Shown here one piece after another: positions 30,584 through 39,513 of a DNA stretch of 64,000 bases. This DNA comes from an uncultured Colwellia sp. (GTDB taxonomy: Bacteria > Pseudomonadota > Gammaproteobacteria > Enterobacterales > Alteromonadaceae), in the NCBI GenBank assembly GCA_963974965.1, contig CAXBEX010000004.1, positions 21,978 through 85,977 of the forward strand, given 5' to 3'. Each line of letters opens with the position of its first letter. The stretch's first letter is position 1. A model generated the notes under the pieces. The model saw only the letters and a program-made list of their open reading frames with translations, was not told the DNA's origin and did not search any database. The position numbers and the translations under genes are program-made.

Positions 30584-31438
30584 ATGTTTAACTACGAAAA
30601 AGCATTCTCGAGAAATATTGGCTGGATTACAGAGGAAGAACAACAAACTCTTCGCGGTAAAAAAGTTGCGATAGCAGGGGCTGGTGGCGTAGGTGGCGCA
30701 CATTTACTGACTTTAGCCAGATTAGGTGTCGGAAATTTTTACATCTCAGATTTTGATGATTTTGAGGTACATAACTTCAACCGTCAATCAGGCGCGTTTA
30801 TGTCGACATTAGGAGAACAGAAAGTTGATGTTATGGAGCGAATGGCTCGAGATATTAACCCAGAAGCAAACATAAAATCTTTTCCTGAAGGGATTTTTGA
30901 ACACAACGTTGATGAATTTCTAGAAGATGTTGATTTATACGTAGACGCCCTTGATTTTTTTGCCTTAGATGCACGTAAAACTGTTTTTAAAAAGTGTTAC
31001 GATAAAAAAATTCCGGTAATCACGGCAGCACCACTGGGTATGGGCGCTGCTTTTTTATGTTTTATGCCTGACAAAATGACTTACGAAGAGTATTTTCGTT
31101 TTGAAGATAAAAATACTGAAGAAGATCAACTCATACAGTTTTTAATTGGTTTATCTCCTGCTATGTTACAGCGTCCTTACTTAATTGATGAAAGCCGAGT
31201 TAGCTTTAAAGAAAAGCGAGGTCCTTCAACGGCTATGGCAGTTAACCTTTGTGCAGGAATAGCAGAAACTTACGCACTTAAAATATTACTGAATCGCGGA
31301 GAAATAATTACAGCACCATACGGGCTTCACTTCGATGCTTACCGCAATAAATACAAAAAAACATGGCGACCATTCGGTAACGCAGGCTTAATGCCGAGAA
31401 TAATGTTTCATATAGCCAAAAGAATTGTGGCAAAATAA
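30584..31438 (+). CDS. Stand-alone ThiF/E1-like adenylyltransferase
   Basis: AFSRNIGW, GAGGVGG, DFDDFEVHNFNRQ. Lacks the Zn CxxC pairs of ThiF/MoeB; ends FDAYRNK..TWRP.GN. Confidence 0.85.
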   Translation: MFNYEKAFSRNIGWITEEEQQTLRGKKVAIAGAGGVGGAHLLTLARLGVGNFYISDFDDFEVHNFNRQSGAFMSTLGEQKVDVMERMARDINPEANIKSFPEGIFEHNVDEFLEDVDLYVDALDFFALDARKTVFKKCYDKKIPVITAAPLGMGAAFLCFMPDKMTYEEYFRFEDKNTEEDQLIQFLIGLSPAMLQRPYLIDESRVSFKEKRGPSTAMAVNLCAGIAETYALKILLNRGEIITAPYGLHFDAYRNKYKKTWRPFGNAGLMPRIMFHIAKRIVAK

Positions 31439-31578
31439 CGTTTTACATATATTCTTGCTAGATATAAAGATTAAATTTTGTCAGAATAAATTCTAATCAA
31501 CATGGGATGATGAATTTTTTGTAAAGCCTAATTTATTGCACGTCACTTAACGCTTAAAATAAAAATTAAAGGAAAATA

Positions 31579-32919
31579 ATGAAAGTCACAGTTTTTGGTA
31601 TTGGTTATGTTGGTTTAGTTCAGGCCGCTGTTTTAGCATCTGTTGGTCATGATGTGGTGTGTGTTGATATTGACCAAACTAAAGTTGATAACCTTAAAAA
31701 AGGCGAGATCCCAATTTATGAACCCGGTTTAACACCACTTGTAGAAGAAACCTATAAAAATGGATTACTAAACTTTACTACTGATGCAAAAGCAGGTGTT
31801 GAGCATGGTGAAGTTCAATTTATTGCCGTAGGCACTCCGCCAGATGAAGATGGCTCTGCTGATTTAAAGTATGTATTAACGGTTGCACAAACCATCGCAA
31901 CCTACATGACTAACCCTAAAATTGTAATAGATAAGTCAACTGTTCCAGTTGGTACTGCAGATAAGGTAACCGACAAAATAGCCTCAGTTCTAGCATCAAG
32001 AAAAGTAGACATTGAATTTAACGTAGTATCAAACCCAGAATTTTTAAAAGAAGGCGCAGCAGTTAGTGACTGCATGAAGCCTGACCGTATTGTAGTAGGT
32101 ACTGATAGCGAAGCTTCACGAGCTGTAATGCGCGAACTATATGCGCCATTTAATCGTAATCATGATCGTATGATATTTATGGATGTACGATCAGCTGAGC
32201 TAACTAAATACGCAGCAAACTGCATGTTAGCAACCAAAATTAGTTTTATGAATGAAATGTCTAATTTAGCTGAGTTATTAGGCGCCGATATTGAAGCTAT
32301 ACGTCATGGCATAGGTTCAGATTCACGCATTGGCTATCAATTTATTTATCCTGGCTGTGGTTATGGCGGTTCGTGTTTCCCTAAAGATGTACAAGCATTA
32401 GTACGAACTGCTCACGGAGTTGAATATAAACCCGTTTTATTAGAAGCTGTTGAAAGTGTTAACTACGCTCAAAAACAAAAATTATTTAAAAATCTAAATA
32501 CCTATTTCAATGGTGATTTATCAGGTAAAACCGTTGCAGTTTGGGGCTTATCATTCAAACCACAAACCGATGATATGCGTGATGCATCTTCAATGGTATT
32601 AATGGAGTCTTTATGGGCTGCTGGCGCAAAAGTACAAGCATATGATCCAGAAGCAATGGAGGAATGCCAACGTATTTATGGCGTAAGAGATGATTTATCA
32701 CTGGTTGGTACAAAAGAGTCGGCTTTAAATGGGGCTGATGCTTTAGTAGTTTGTACAGAATGGAGCCAATTTAGAGCACCAGATTTTGACTTAATTGAAA
32801 AAGCACTATCACACAAAGTGATTGTTGATGGTCGTAATCTTTACGACCCAGCATTACTTAAGCAGCGTGGTTTTGCTTATTACGGTATTGGTCGTGGTGA
32901 GAGTATTCAAAACGTATAA
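31579..32919 (+). CDS. ugd: UDP-glucose 6-dehydrogenase
   Basis: [21 protein letters not shown], catalytic [15 protein letters not shown]. Confidence 0.97.
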   Translation: MKVTVFGIGYVGLVQAAVLASVGHDVVCVDIDQTKVDNLKKGEIPIYEPGLTPLVEETYKNGLLNFTTDAKAGVEHGEVQFIAVGTPPDEDGSADLKYVLTVAQTIATYMTNPKIVIDKSTVPVGTADKVTDKIASVLASRKVDIEFNVVSNPEFLKEGAAVSDCMKPDRIVVGTDSEASRAVMRELYAPFNRNHDRMIFMDVRSAELTKYAANCMLATKISFMNEMSNLAELLGADIEAIRHGIGSDSRIGYQFIYPGCGYGGSCFPKDVQALVRTAHGVEYKPVLLEAVESVNYAQKQKLFKNLNTYFNGDLSGKTVAVWGLSFKPQTDDMRDASSMVLMESLWAAGAKVQAYDPEAMEECQRIYGVRDDLSLVGTKESALNGADALVVCTEWSQFRAPDFDLIEKALSHKVIVDGRNLYDPALLKQRGFAYYGIGRGESIQNV

Positions 32920-32927
32920 TGTCTGTA

Positions 32928-33224
32928 CTTCGACAAGCTCAGTATAGACGGGACTCGCTGTCTGTCTTGAACCGTGACCGTTCGCTCTGAGCTGTCGAAG
33001 GCTTTAAACCGTTCGCTCTGAGCTATCGAAGGCTTTAAACCGTTCGCCCTGAGCCTATCGAAGGCTTTGAGCCATTCGCCCTGAGCCTATCGAAGGCTTT
33101 GAGCCATTCGCTCTGAGCTGTCGAAGGCTTTAAACCGTTCGCCCTGAGCCTGTCGAAGGCTTTAAACCGTTCGCCCTGAGCCTGTCGAAGGCTTTGAGCC
33201 GTTCGCCCTGAGCCTGTCGAAGGG
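32928..33224. repeat. CTTCGACAAGCTCAG-family element with one left arm and an 8-unit tandem array of 31-32-bp right arms
   Basis: Left arm CTTCGACAAGCTCAG..ACGG at 32928. Units CC(G/A)TTCGC(T/C)CTGAGC(C)T(G/A)TCGAAGGCTTT(AAA/GAG) start at 32978, 33009, 33040, 33072, 33104, 33135, 33167 and 33199. Confidence 0.95.
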
Positions 33225-33252
33225 AATGAATCTTAAATATTAGGAAATAATA

Positions 33253-34257
33253 GTGAAATTTTTAGTGACCGGCGCGGCTGGCTTTATAGGTTTTCATGTA
33301 GTACAACGCTTATGTGAACAAGGTCATGAAGTTATCGGTATTGATAACTTAAATGACTATTACGATGTTAATTTAAAATTGGCACGCTTAGATGAGCTTA
33401 AAGAATACAAATTATTTAAATTCATCAAGCTAGATCTTGCTGACCGAGAAGGCATTGCGCAATTATTTTCTCAACAGAAGTTTGAGCGAGTAATACATTT
33501 AGCCGCACAGGCAGGGGTTCGCTACTCTATTGATAACCCAATGGCTTATGCTGACTCTAACTTAGTTGGTCATTTAACCATATTAGAAGGTTGTCGCCAT
33601 AATAATGTTCAGCATTTAGTTTACGCTTCATCAAGCTCTGTATATGGCTTAAACAGCAAAACCCCTTTTGCAACATCAGACAGCGTTGATCACCCTATTT
33701 CATTGTATGCCGCAACTAAAAAATCAAATGAATTAATGTCGCATACCTATTCACATTTATATGGTATTCCAACAACAGGCTTAAGATTTTTCACTGTTTA
33801 TGGCCCGAGGGGTCGACCAGACATGGCTTTATTCAAATTTACTAAAGCAATAATTAATGGTGAAAGTATTGATGTATATAATAATGGTGATATGCGAAGA
33901 GACTTTACCTACATAGATGATATTGTGGAAGGCATTATTAGAATTCAAGATGTCATTCCACAAAAAAATAATGCTTGGAAAATTGAGTCTGGCTCTGCTG
34001 CTGCCAGCTCAGCCCCTTATAAAATATTCAATATAGGTAATGGTAACCCAGTTAAGCTGCTAGATTTTATTGAGTCTTTAGAAAGTTCTCTGGGCATAAA
34101 AGCAACTAAAAATTTAATGCCAATGCAACCAGGCGATGTTTATCAAACTTATGCCGATGTTGAAGACCTATTTAGTATTACAAAATATAAACCTTCAATG
34201 ACTTTGGAAAAAGGTGTCAAAGAGTTTGTAGATTGGTATAACGGTTTTTATTCATAA
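33253..34257 (+). CDS. NAD-dependent epimerase, UDP-glucuronate 4-epimerase type
   Basis: TGAAGFIG, HLAAQAGVRYS, ASSSSVYG, YAATK, FFTVYGP.GRPDMA, PMQPGDV; GTG start. Confidence 0.92.
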   Translation: MKFLVTGAAGFIGFHVVQRLCEQGHEVIGIDNLNDYYDVNLKLARLDELKEYKLFKFIKLDLADREGIAQLFSQQKFERVIHLAAQAGVRYSIDNPMAYADSNLVGHLTILEGCRHNNVQHLVYASSSSVYGLNSKTPFATSDSVDHPISLYAATKKSNELMSHTYSHLYGIPTTGLRFFTVYGPRGRPDMALFKFTKAIINGESIDVYNNGDMRRDFTYIDDIVEGIIRIQDVIPQKNNAWKIESGSAAASSAPYKIFNIGNGNPVKLLDFIESLESSLGIKATKNLMPMQPGDVYQTYADVEDLFSITKYKPSMTLEKGVKEFVDWYNGFYS

Positions 34258-34289
34258 CTCCTTACCTGCATATTTTTTAACTATTACCG

Positions 34290-34306
34290 TGTCAGATATT
34301 TTTACA
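34290..34306. promoter_or_regulatory. Enhancer-binding-protein site (TGT-N11-ACA), candidate PrsR box
   Basis: TGTCAGATATTTTTACA, about 65-80 bp upstream of the sigma54 -24 element. Confidence 0.6.
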
Positions 34307-34368
34307 TGTTTCAAATAAAGAAACATAAAGCGATGACAATAACACCAATTAACAATGATTTACATATT

Positions 34369-34384
34369 TGGCATATTCCATGCT
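34369..34384 (+). promoter_or_regulatory. Sigma54 (-24/-12) promoter of the PEP-CTERM gene
   Basis: TGGCAT-ATTCC-ATGCT with exact GG-N10-GC spacing, 60 bp before the ATG. Confidence 0.75.
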
Positions 34385-34443
34385 TATATTAATACAGAAA
34401 CGAATCTTAACTGGTCGCAGTTATATAACATATAGGATATAAC

Positions 34444-35436
34444 ATGAATAAATTAAATAAAATTTTATGCGCTGTGGCTCTAGCCTTTGTAGGTAGTGTT
34501 GCAAATGCAGGCTACTTCCAATTAAACGTTGGCAATAATGGCTATGACGTAGATGCACCAACATGTTTGGAAGCTTTTGGTAGTGCTACTTATTGTGCTA
34601 ACCCTGCCAACGCAGGAATTATTGCTACTGTTATTGCAAACGCTACAGTAACAAACGGTAACGGCGATGCAAATTCGCAGACTGGTTCTTTTACCGAGTT
34701 TGGCTTTAGTCAATTATTAGGCACATCAATTTATGACTTTAGTAACAATAGTATTTTGGGTGATTTTTATGACACCAACATTACTAGCGAATTACTTGCC
34801 GCTGGCATAACTGATGGAGTTAGTGGTCTAGCGTTAGATGGCTTAACAAATGTAACTCTAAATTATCCATCTACGGGTCAAATGGATTTAGATGCATTGT
34901 CACCATTAGCACCACCACTGAATGGAACAGATAATGAAGGCTTTTTAGCTGCTTGGGAATTGAACACTCAATTCTTATTTGAAGGTACTTTAACAGCGAC
35001 AGGTCCAGTTTATACTGGTGGCTTCTTTGAAGTTTGGTTCCAAGACTTAGATAATGCTGCAAATAACTTTTTAGGCTTTAAGGGTGAGGTTGTTGGCTCT
35101 AATTTACAAGCCGCTAACTTAGATATCTTCTTGAAAATCACTGAAGCGACTCAAGGCTTCTTATTTGATGGAGCAACTGAGAATGGTGTGTTTACAGATG
35201 TTTATGATATCATCGCTCAAACTGGTGGTTATAGTATGGTGATTGATACAAATGTTAACCCGCCAATCCCTACTCTTGATTCTCTTTTATTAGTACAAGG
35301 TGATCAACAGCAATTCAGTGTTGTACGTCAAGCATCTTTAGATGGTTCAGTAAATGCTGTTTCGGAACCGTCAACACTAGCGGTATTAGGGTTAGGTTTA
35401 CTGGCTTTTGGCGCATCACGTCGTCGTAAAGCATAA
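34444..35436 (+). CDS. PEP-CTERM (VSEP variant) exosortase-target surface protein, possibly PepA-like
   Basis: Signal peptide (ANA), Gly/Thr/Asn/Asp-rich body, C-terminal VSEPSTLAVLGLGLLAFGASRRRKA. Confidence 0.92.
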   Translation: MNKLNKILCAVALAFVGSVANAGYFQLNVGNNGYDVDAPTCLEAFGSATYCANPANAGIIATVIANATVTNGNGDANSQTGSFTEFGFSQLLGTSIYDFSNNSILGDFYDTNITSELLAAGITDGVSGLALDGLTNVTLNYPSTGQMDLDALSPLAPPLNGTDNEGFLAAWELNTQFLFEGTLTATGPVYTGGFFEVWFQDLDNAANNFLGFKGEVVGSNLQAANLDIFLKITEATQGFLFDGATENGVFTDVYDIIAQTGGYSMVIDTNVNPPIPTLDSLLLVQGDQQQFSVVRQASLDGSVNAVSEPSTLAVLGLGLLAFGASRRRKA

Positions 35437-35457
35437 CTTGACAAAATACAACTTAAT

Positions 35458-35488
35458 AAAAAAGGCAGCTAATTTAGCTGCCTTTTTT
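35458..35488 (+). terminator. Intrinsic (bidirectional) terminator
   Basis: AAAAAAGGCAGCT-AATTT-AGCTGCCTTTTTT. Confidence 0.9.
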
Positions 35489-35570
35489 ATTATCTAAATT
35501 TTATATAAGTAAAGCTTCTTAATTAAGGCATTTTGAATTACCATCAATATACATTATTAAGGATAAAGAT

Positions 35571-38105
35571 ATGTTTAAATTTAGGTTAATTCTCATCACA
35601 TGCTTATTTGTTACTTCCTGTAGTAAGCAGGTTTCCGTAGAACAATTAATCGATCAAGCTAATGAGGCACTAATTAATGGAGATAATGCTACCGCTATAA
35701 TTCATTTAAAAAGAGCATTACGCCGAGAGAATGGCTCTATTGACGCTCATTTTTTACTTGGTAAATTATATTTAGAAAATGGTGATTTTTTATCTGCTCA
35801 AAAAGAAATTGAACGCGCCTTGAGCCTTTCAACTAATAATGAAGGCTATATTACAGATTATTTTAGAGTACTAAACGAAACTGAAAATGAAAGTACAGTG
35901 CTGGATTTTTATAAAAAACAAGAAGCGCTTACTGATAGTGCAAAGTTACATGCTGCATATTCAGCCCTTAAAGTAAATGATATGGGGCTATTCGAGAAAA
36001 TATCACAACAAGTCAACACGAAAAACTTAACAACCCAAGAAGCTAAATTTCATAGATTACTATTGCTAGCGAGCAAACAAGATAGTGTTGCAATTCAAAG
36101 TGAGTTTTCCACACATTTAAAAAAAGATCACATCATAGTTGAAGGGTTAGAACTACTAGGGCACCTTTTCTCTAGAGATAAAAAATACGCTTTAGCTGTG
36201 CGGGCTTATAAAGCGGCTTATCATTTAAGACCTAAAAATAATGTACTGAAAATTTTAATTGCTCAAAACTTAATACAAGGTAACAATTTTAGTGATGCAA
36301 AACCTTATATAAAAGAGTTGTTAACTCAATTTCCAAATCACGGATACTCTCATCAGCTCGCGGCTCAAGTTGCAATAAATGATAGCGATTTTCAACTCGC
36401 TAAATTACACGCCACTAAAGCAATTTTATCAGGATTAAATTCAAACATAAACACTGTAATAGCAGGATTATCTTCATACCAGCTTGGCATGTACGAACAA
36501 GCAAGATCATATTTACTATCCATATCAAGAGAGCTACCAACATCACACCCCATACAAAAAGTACTTGCAGCAACCAGCTTAAAGCTAGGGTTTACTAATG
36601 AGGCGGTAGAACAACTCTCTGACATCTCCTTAATTACAGATAACGACTTTGACTTAATCGCCTCTGCTAGCATCAATTTGATTCAAAATAACCAAGCTGA
36701 CAAAGCAAATGAGTTATTAAGTAAAATAGCAAGTCCTGATGATACCAACAATGCTAATTTGCTCAGTAAAGTTGGAGTTTTAAAACTTTCTGCACAAGAC
36801 ATTTCTGGTATGGGTTTTTTGTACAAGGCAATAAGAATTGATGGGGATAGCTACTCAGCAAAAACAATGCTAATTTCATCTTTTCTTAGCACAAATAAAA
36901 ATAAAGAAGCTAAAAGTCAAGTGATTAAATGGCTAACGAAAACCCCTGAAGATACTGCACTTTTAAACATGCTAGCGTATATTGAAATAAAAAATCAAAA
37001 CCATAAAGAAGCCAAGATAATTTTCACTCAAATAATAACTATTGAGCCGACTAATATTAAAGCTAATATGTTTTTTGGTGTAACTGAATTCAAACAAGAA
37101 AATTTTCAAACGGCGATAAAATCATTCAATACTATAGTTCAGAAACATCCTAACTATTTACCTGCATTGCTTGGTCTTTACTTATCAGAAAAGTCATCTG
37201 GTGATACAACTCAATCAATTAAATTAATCACTTCTCAAGCTAAGGAAGACTCTCGTATTAAGTTATTGTTAGCTAAAATATATATAACAGAACACCAATA
37301 TATTGATGCGGTTGCAGTATTAAACACATTCAAGAGTCCAAGTATTATTGCCCAAATAGAAGATTTAAAGAGTTCTGCCTATATTGCTTTATATGATGAG
37401 GAAAATGCACTGACCGCGATTAGCAATTGGCGAAAAGTAGATCCGTCTAGTGAAAGGGCATTAATACTTAAGCTATCTATTTTAGAGTTAAATAAATCTC
37501 ACGAGCTAGCATTACAAGAGATTAGCTCCTTTAAAAGGAACAATCCTTACTCCTTGAAATTAGATCTACTTGAGATAAACTTTCAATTACTTGCAAATCA
37601 GGTAAGTAAAGCTGTTGAGTTACTTGATAAATTGAAGGAAAAAAATGTTAATACGACTCTGCTTTTACCATTAGAAGCTAGATCTAAATACCAGCTAGCA
37701 AACTATAAAGTAGCTCTCCCTTTGTTAGTAACGAGTTATGAAAATGATCCAAGTAGTATCTTTGCAAGTCTTATATACACAAGTTTAGTAAAGTTAAACA
37801 AAATAAATGAAGCTGTTACTTTCTTAGAAAAAAGAGTAACAGACTTTAGTGCTGATACTAAATCACGCCTATTTCTTGCAGATACACTCAGTAAAATAGA
37901 TAAAAATAAAGCTTTAGAGCATTTTTACATACTTAATGAACAGCTTGAAAATAATCTCATGGTTTTGAATAATATTGCTTGGCTTTTACATGAGCAAGGA
38001 AAAAATAAAGAAGCGCTTCCATATGCACAAAAGGCGTTAGATATTGCTCCTACTAATCTTCAACTACAAGATACCATTAATCAGATAAAGGCTGCTATAC
38101 AATAA
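35571..38105 (+). CDS. PrsT-like TPR lipoprotein, copy 2
   Basis: Lipobox FVTSC, TAIIHLKRAL...AHFLLGKLYL.NGD..SAQKE, ends LNNIAWLL...DT; 844 aa. Confidence 0.82.
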   Translation: MFKFRLILITCLFVTSCSKQVSVEQLIDQANEALINGDNATAIIHLKRALRRENGSIDAHFLLGKLYLENGDFLSAQKEIERALSLSTNNEGYITDYFRVLNETENESTVLDFYKKQEALTDSAKLHAAYSALKVNDMGLFEKISQQVNTKNLTTQEAKFHRLLLLASKQDSVAIQSEFSTHLKKDHIIVEGLELLGHLFSRDKKYALAVRAYKAAYHLRPKNNVLKILIAQNLIQGNNFSDAKPYIKELLTQFPNHGYSHQLAAQVAINDSDFQLAKLHATKAILSGLNSNINTVIAGLSSYQLGMYEQARSYLLSISRELPTSHPIQKVLAATSLKLGFTNEAVEQLSDISLITDNDFDLIASASINLIQNNQADKANELLSKIASPDDTNNANLLSKVGVLKLSAQDISGMGFLYKAIRIDGDSYSAKTMLISSFLSTNKNKEAKSQVIKWLTKTPEDTALLNMLAYIEIKNQNHKEAKIIFTQIITIEPTNIKANMFFGVTEFKQENFQTAIKSFNTIVQKHPNYLPALLGLYLSEKSSGDTTQSIKLITSQAKEDSRIKLLLAKIYITEHQYIDAVAVLNTFKSPSIIAQIEDLKSSAYIALYDEENALTAISNWRKVDPSSERALILKLSILELNKSHELALQEISSFKRNNPYSLKLDLLEINFQLLANQVSKAVELLDKLKEKNVNTTLLLPLEARSKYQLANYKVALPLLVTSYENDPSSIFASLIYTSLVKLNKINEAVTFLEKRVTDFSADTKSRLFLADTLSKIDKNKALEHFYILNEQLENNLMVLNNIAWLLHEQGKNKEALPYAQKALDIAPTNLQLQDTINQIKAAIQ

Positions 38106-38159
38106 ACTAACCGCAGCTTGATGGTGTTTATTTCAATAGTAAACAACAATCTACAAGTA

Positions 38160-38191
38160 AAGCCATTTTCTTTTATTAGAGAAAATGGCTT
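38160..38191. terminator. Hairpin between convergent genes
   Basis: AAGCCATTTTCT-N8-AGAAAATGGCTT. Confidence 0.6.
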
Positions 38192-38230
38192 ACCAAAACA
38201 CCTATAAGGAAAAGAACTTATATTTTAAAA

Positions 38231-39322
38231 TTATTTAAATAAACTATGTTTAAGTTTTCTGAGAAAATTCTCACACTTAAATATTATGTCATTAGGTGCA
38301 TAGCAGTTAATTGCCATAGAATATTCTTCATTTGCCAAAGAACGTTTATATTGCGCGTCTCCCGCTAAAAAATCATAATGCGTAGTGCCTTTCGTTCTAT
38401 AGTGTTTGATGGCTTCACTATGAAGCAACATACCTAATTTTACTTTAGAAGAAAATTCGTCACTGAACGCCGACAAATAAAAATAAACTTTATTTTTATA
38501 GACGTAATTCATCAAAAAACCGATATCTTTATTGTTCAAAGCTAATACCGATATTTGTAATACTTCATCATTATTTTCAATCATGCTTTCATGAAATAAC
38601 TTAAACACTGTATTACTAAATCCACTCCCTTCCTTAGAGTCATTCCAGCGTTTTTTATGCAAATCAGCAATATTTACAATTAACACCGATGTTTCTTGTT
38701 TATCCGTTACAATGCGAAAAGATATCTCTCCCTGTTGAGCCAATATTTTTTTACTGCGGTTAATCTGATAATGTGTGTTTTTAGACCATAAGTCGCTGAA
38801 TTCTTCTGTAGTGACTTTATCGTATTCAATTAAATGTCCTTTCGACTCAACCAGAATACGAGAGCTAGCATTCATCGCTTTCAATTGATGTGCAAATGAA
38901 TCAAAAACATCTGATTTTGTTAAACCAAAAACGACCTCTTGAGTTAATTCTTTTTCAGTAAATAAATATTCAAGTATTTTTTGTCTCGTTGTTATTTGAT
39001 AATTATCATCCAATAAAAAATCGTTGTACTCAACCCATATTTGATCTTGTTTTTGACACCCTGTTTTATGCAGCCACCATTGTTTGTAAGGTATAAACCC
39101 GAGCACATAACGTTTTTTCTCTACAAATAACCCCAAACCAACAATTAAACTCCCTTTTTTTGCCTGCACTAAAAACAAGGGTTCATTGACTATCTTTAAC
39201 CAACTTTCAATCCATTGCCACGATAAAAAAATAGAATTTGTACTTCGCCCCTCTAAATCTTGCCAGTGTACCTTTAATTGCTCTACATCTTGAAGAGTGA
39301 TTAACTGATGTGATATTTCCAA
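38231..39322 (-). CDS. GNAT family acyltransferase (CelD/BcsL-like)
   Basis: IFLSWQWIESW, EYNDFL, GMLLHSEAI, YDFLAGDAQYKRSL; TTG start. Confidence 0.8.
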   Translation of the reverse strand: MEISHQLITLQDVEQLKVHWQDLEGRSTNSIFLSWQWIESWLKIVNEPLFLVQAKKGSLIVGLGLFVEKKRYVLGFIPYKQWWLHKTGCQKQDQIWVEYNDFLLDDNYQITTRQKILEYLFTEKELTQEVVFGLTKSDVFDSFAHQLKAMNASSRILVESKGHLIEYDKVTTEEFSDLWSKNTHYQINRSKKILAQQGEISFRIVTDKQETSVLIVNIADLHKKRWNDSKEGSGFSNTVFKLFHESMIENNDEVLQISVLALNNKDIGFLMNYVYKNKVYFYLSAFSDEFSSKVKLGMLLHSEAIKHYRTKGTTHYDFLAGDAQYKRSLANEEYSMAINCYAPNDIIFKCENFLRKLKHSLFK

Positions 39323-39513
39323 TGCCAGTTCAGTTTCATTTGTTTGATTAACGTTAATACTCGTCTACTCCATCATTGCGACTAGGTTTTCGCGGTTTAT
39401 ATATTACCGTACACATAACATTTTTACATCCCAAGTCTTTTAAGGCAAAATACTCACAATGATAATTACTCTTATTTATATGCAAGATGATGGGCATATA
39501 GTAAACAATAAAA

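Noticed and set aside
30584-31438. E1 enzyme of an anti-phage (CBASS Cap2/Bil) system, or true ThiF/MoeB/MccB
   Set aside because: No E2, JAB, ubiquitin-like, cyclase, ThiS/MoaD or precursor-peptide gene nearby; no Zn CxxC motifs; the context is EPS.
30394-31578. JUMPstart/ops element or extra sigma54 promoters ahead of manC, ThiF and ugd
   Set aside because: No GGCGGTAG ops core was found; the best -24/-12 candidates (e.g. CGGCAT-N5-TTCT) lack the essential GC or correct spacing.
32978-33224. CRISPR array
   Set aside because: The 31-32-bp units are contiguous with no unique spacers, match a dispersed REP family, and no cas genes are present.
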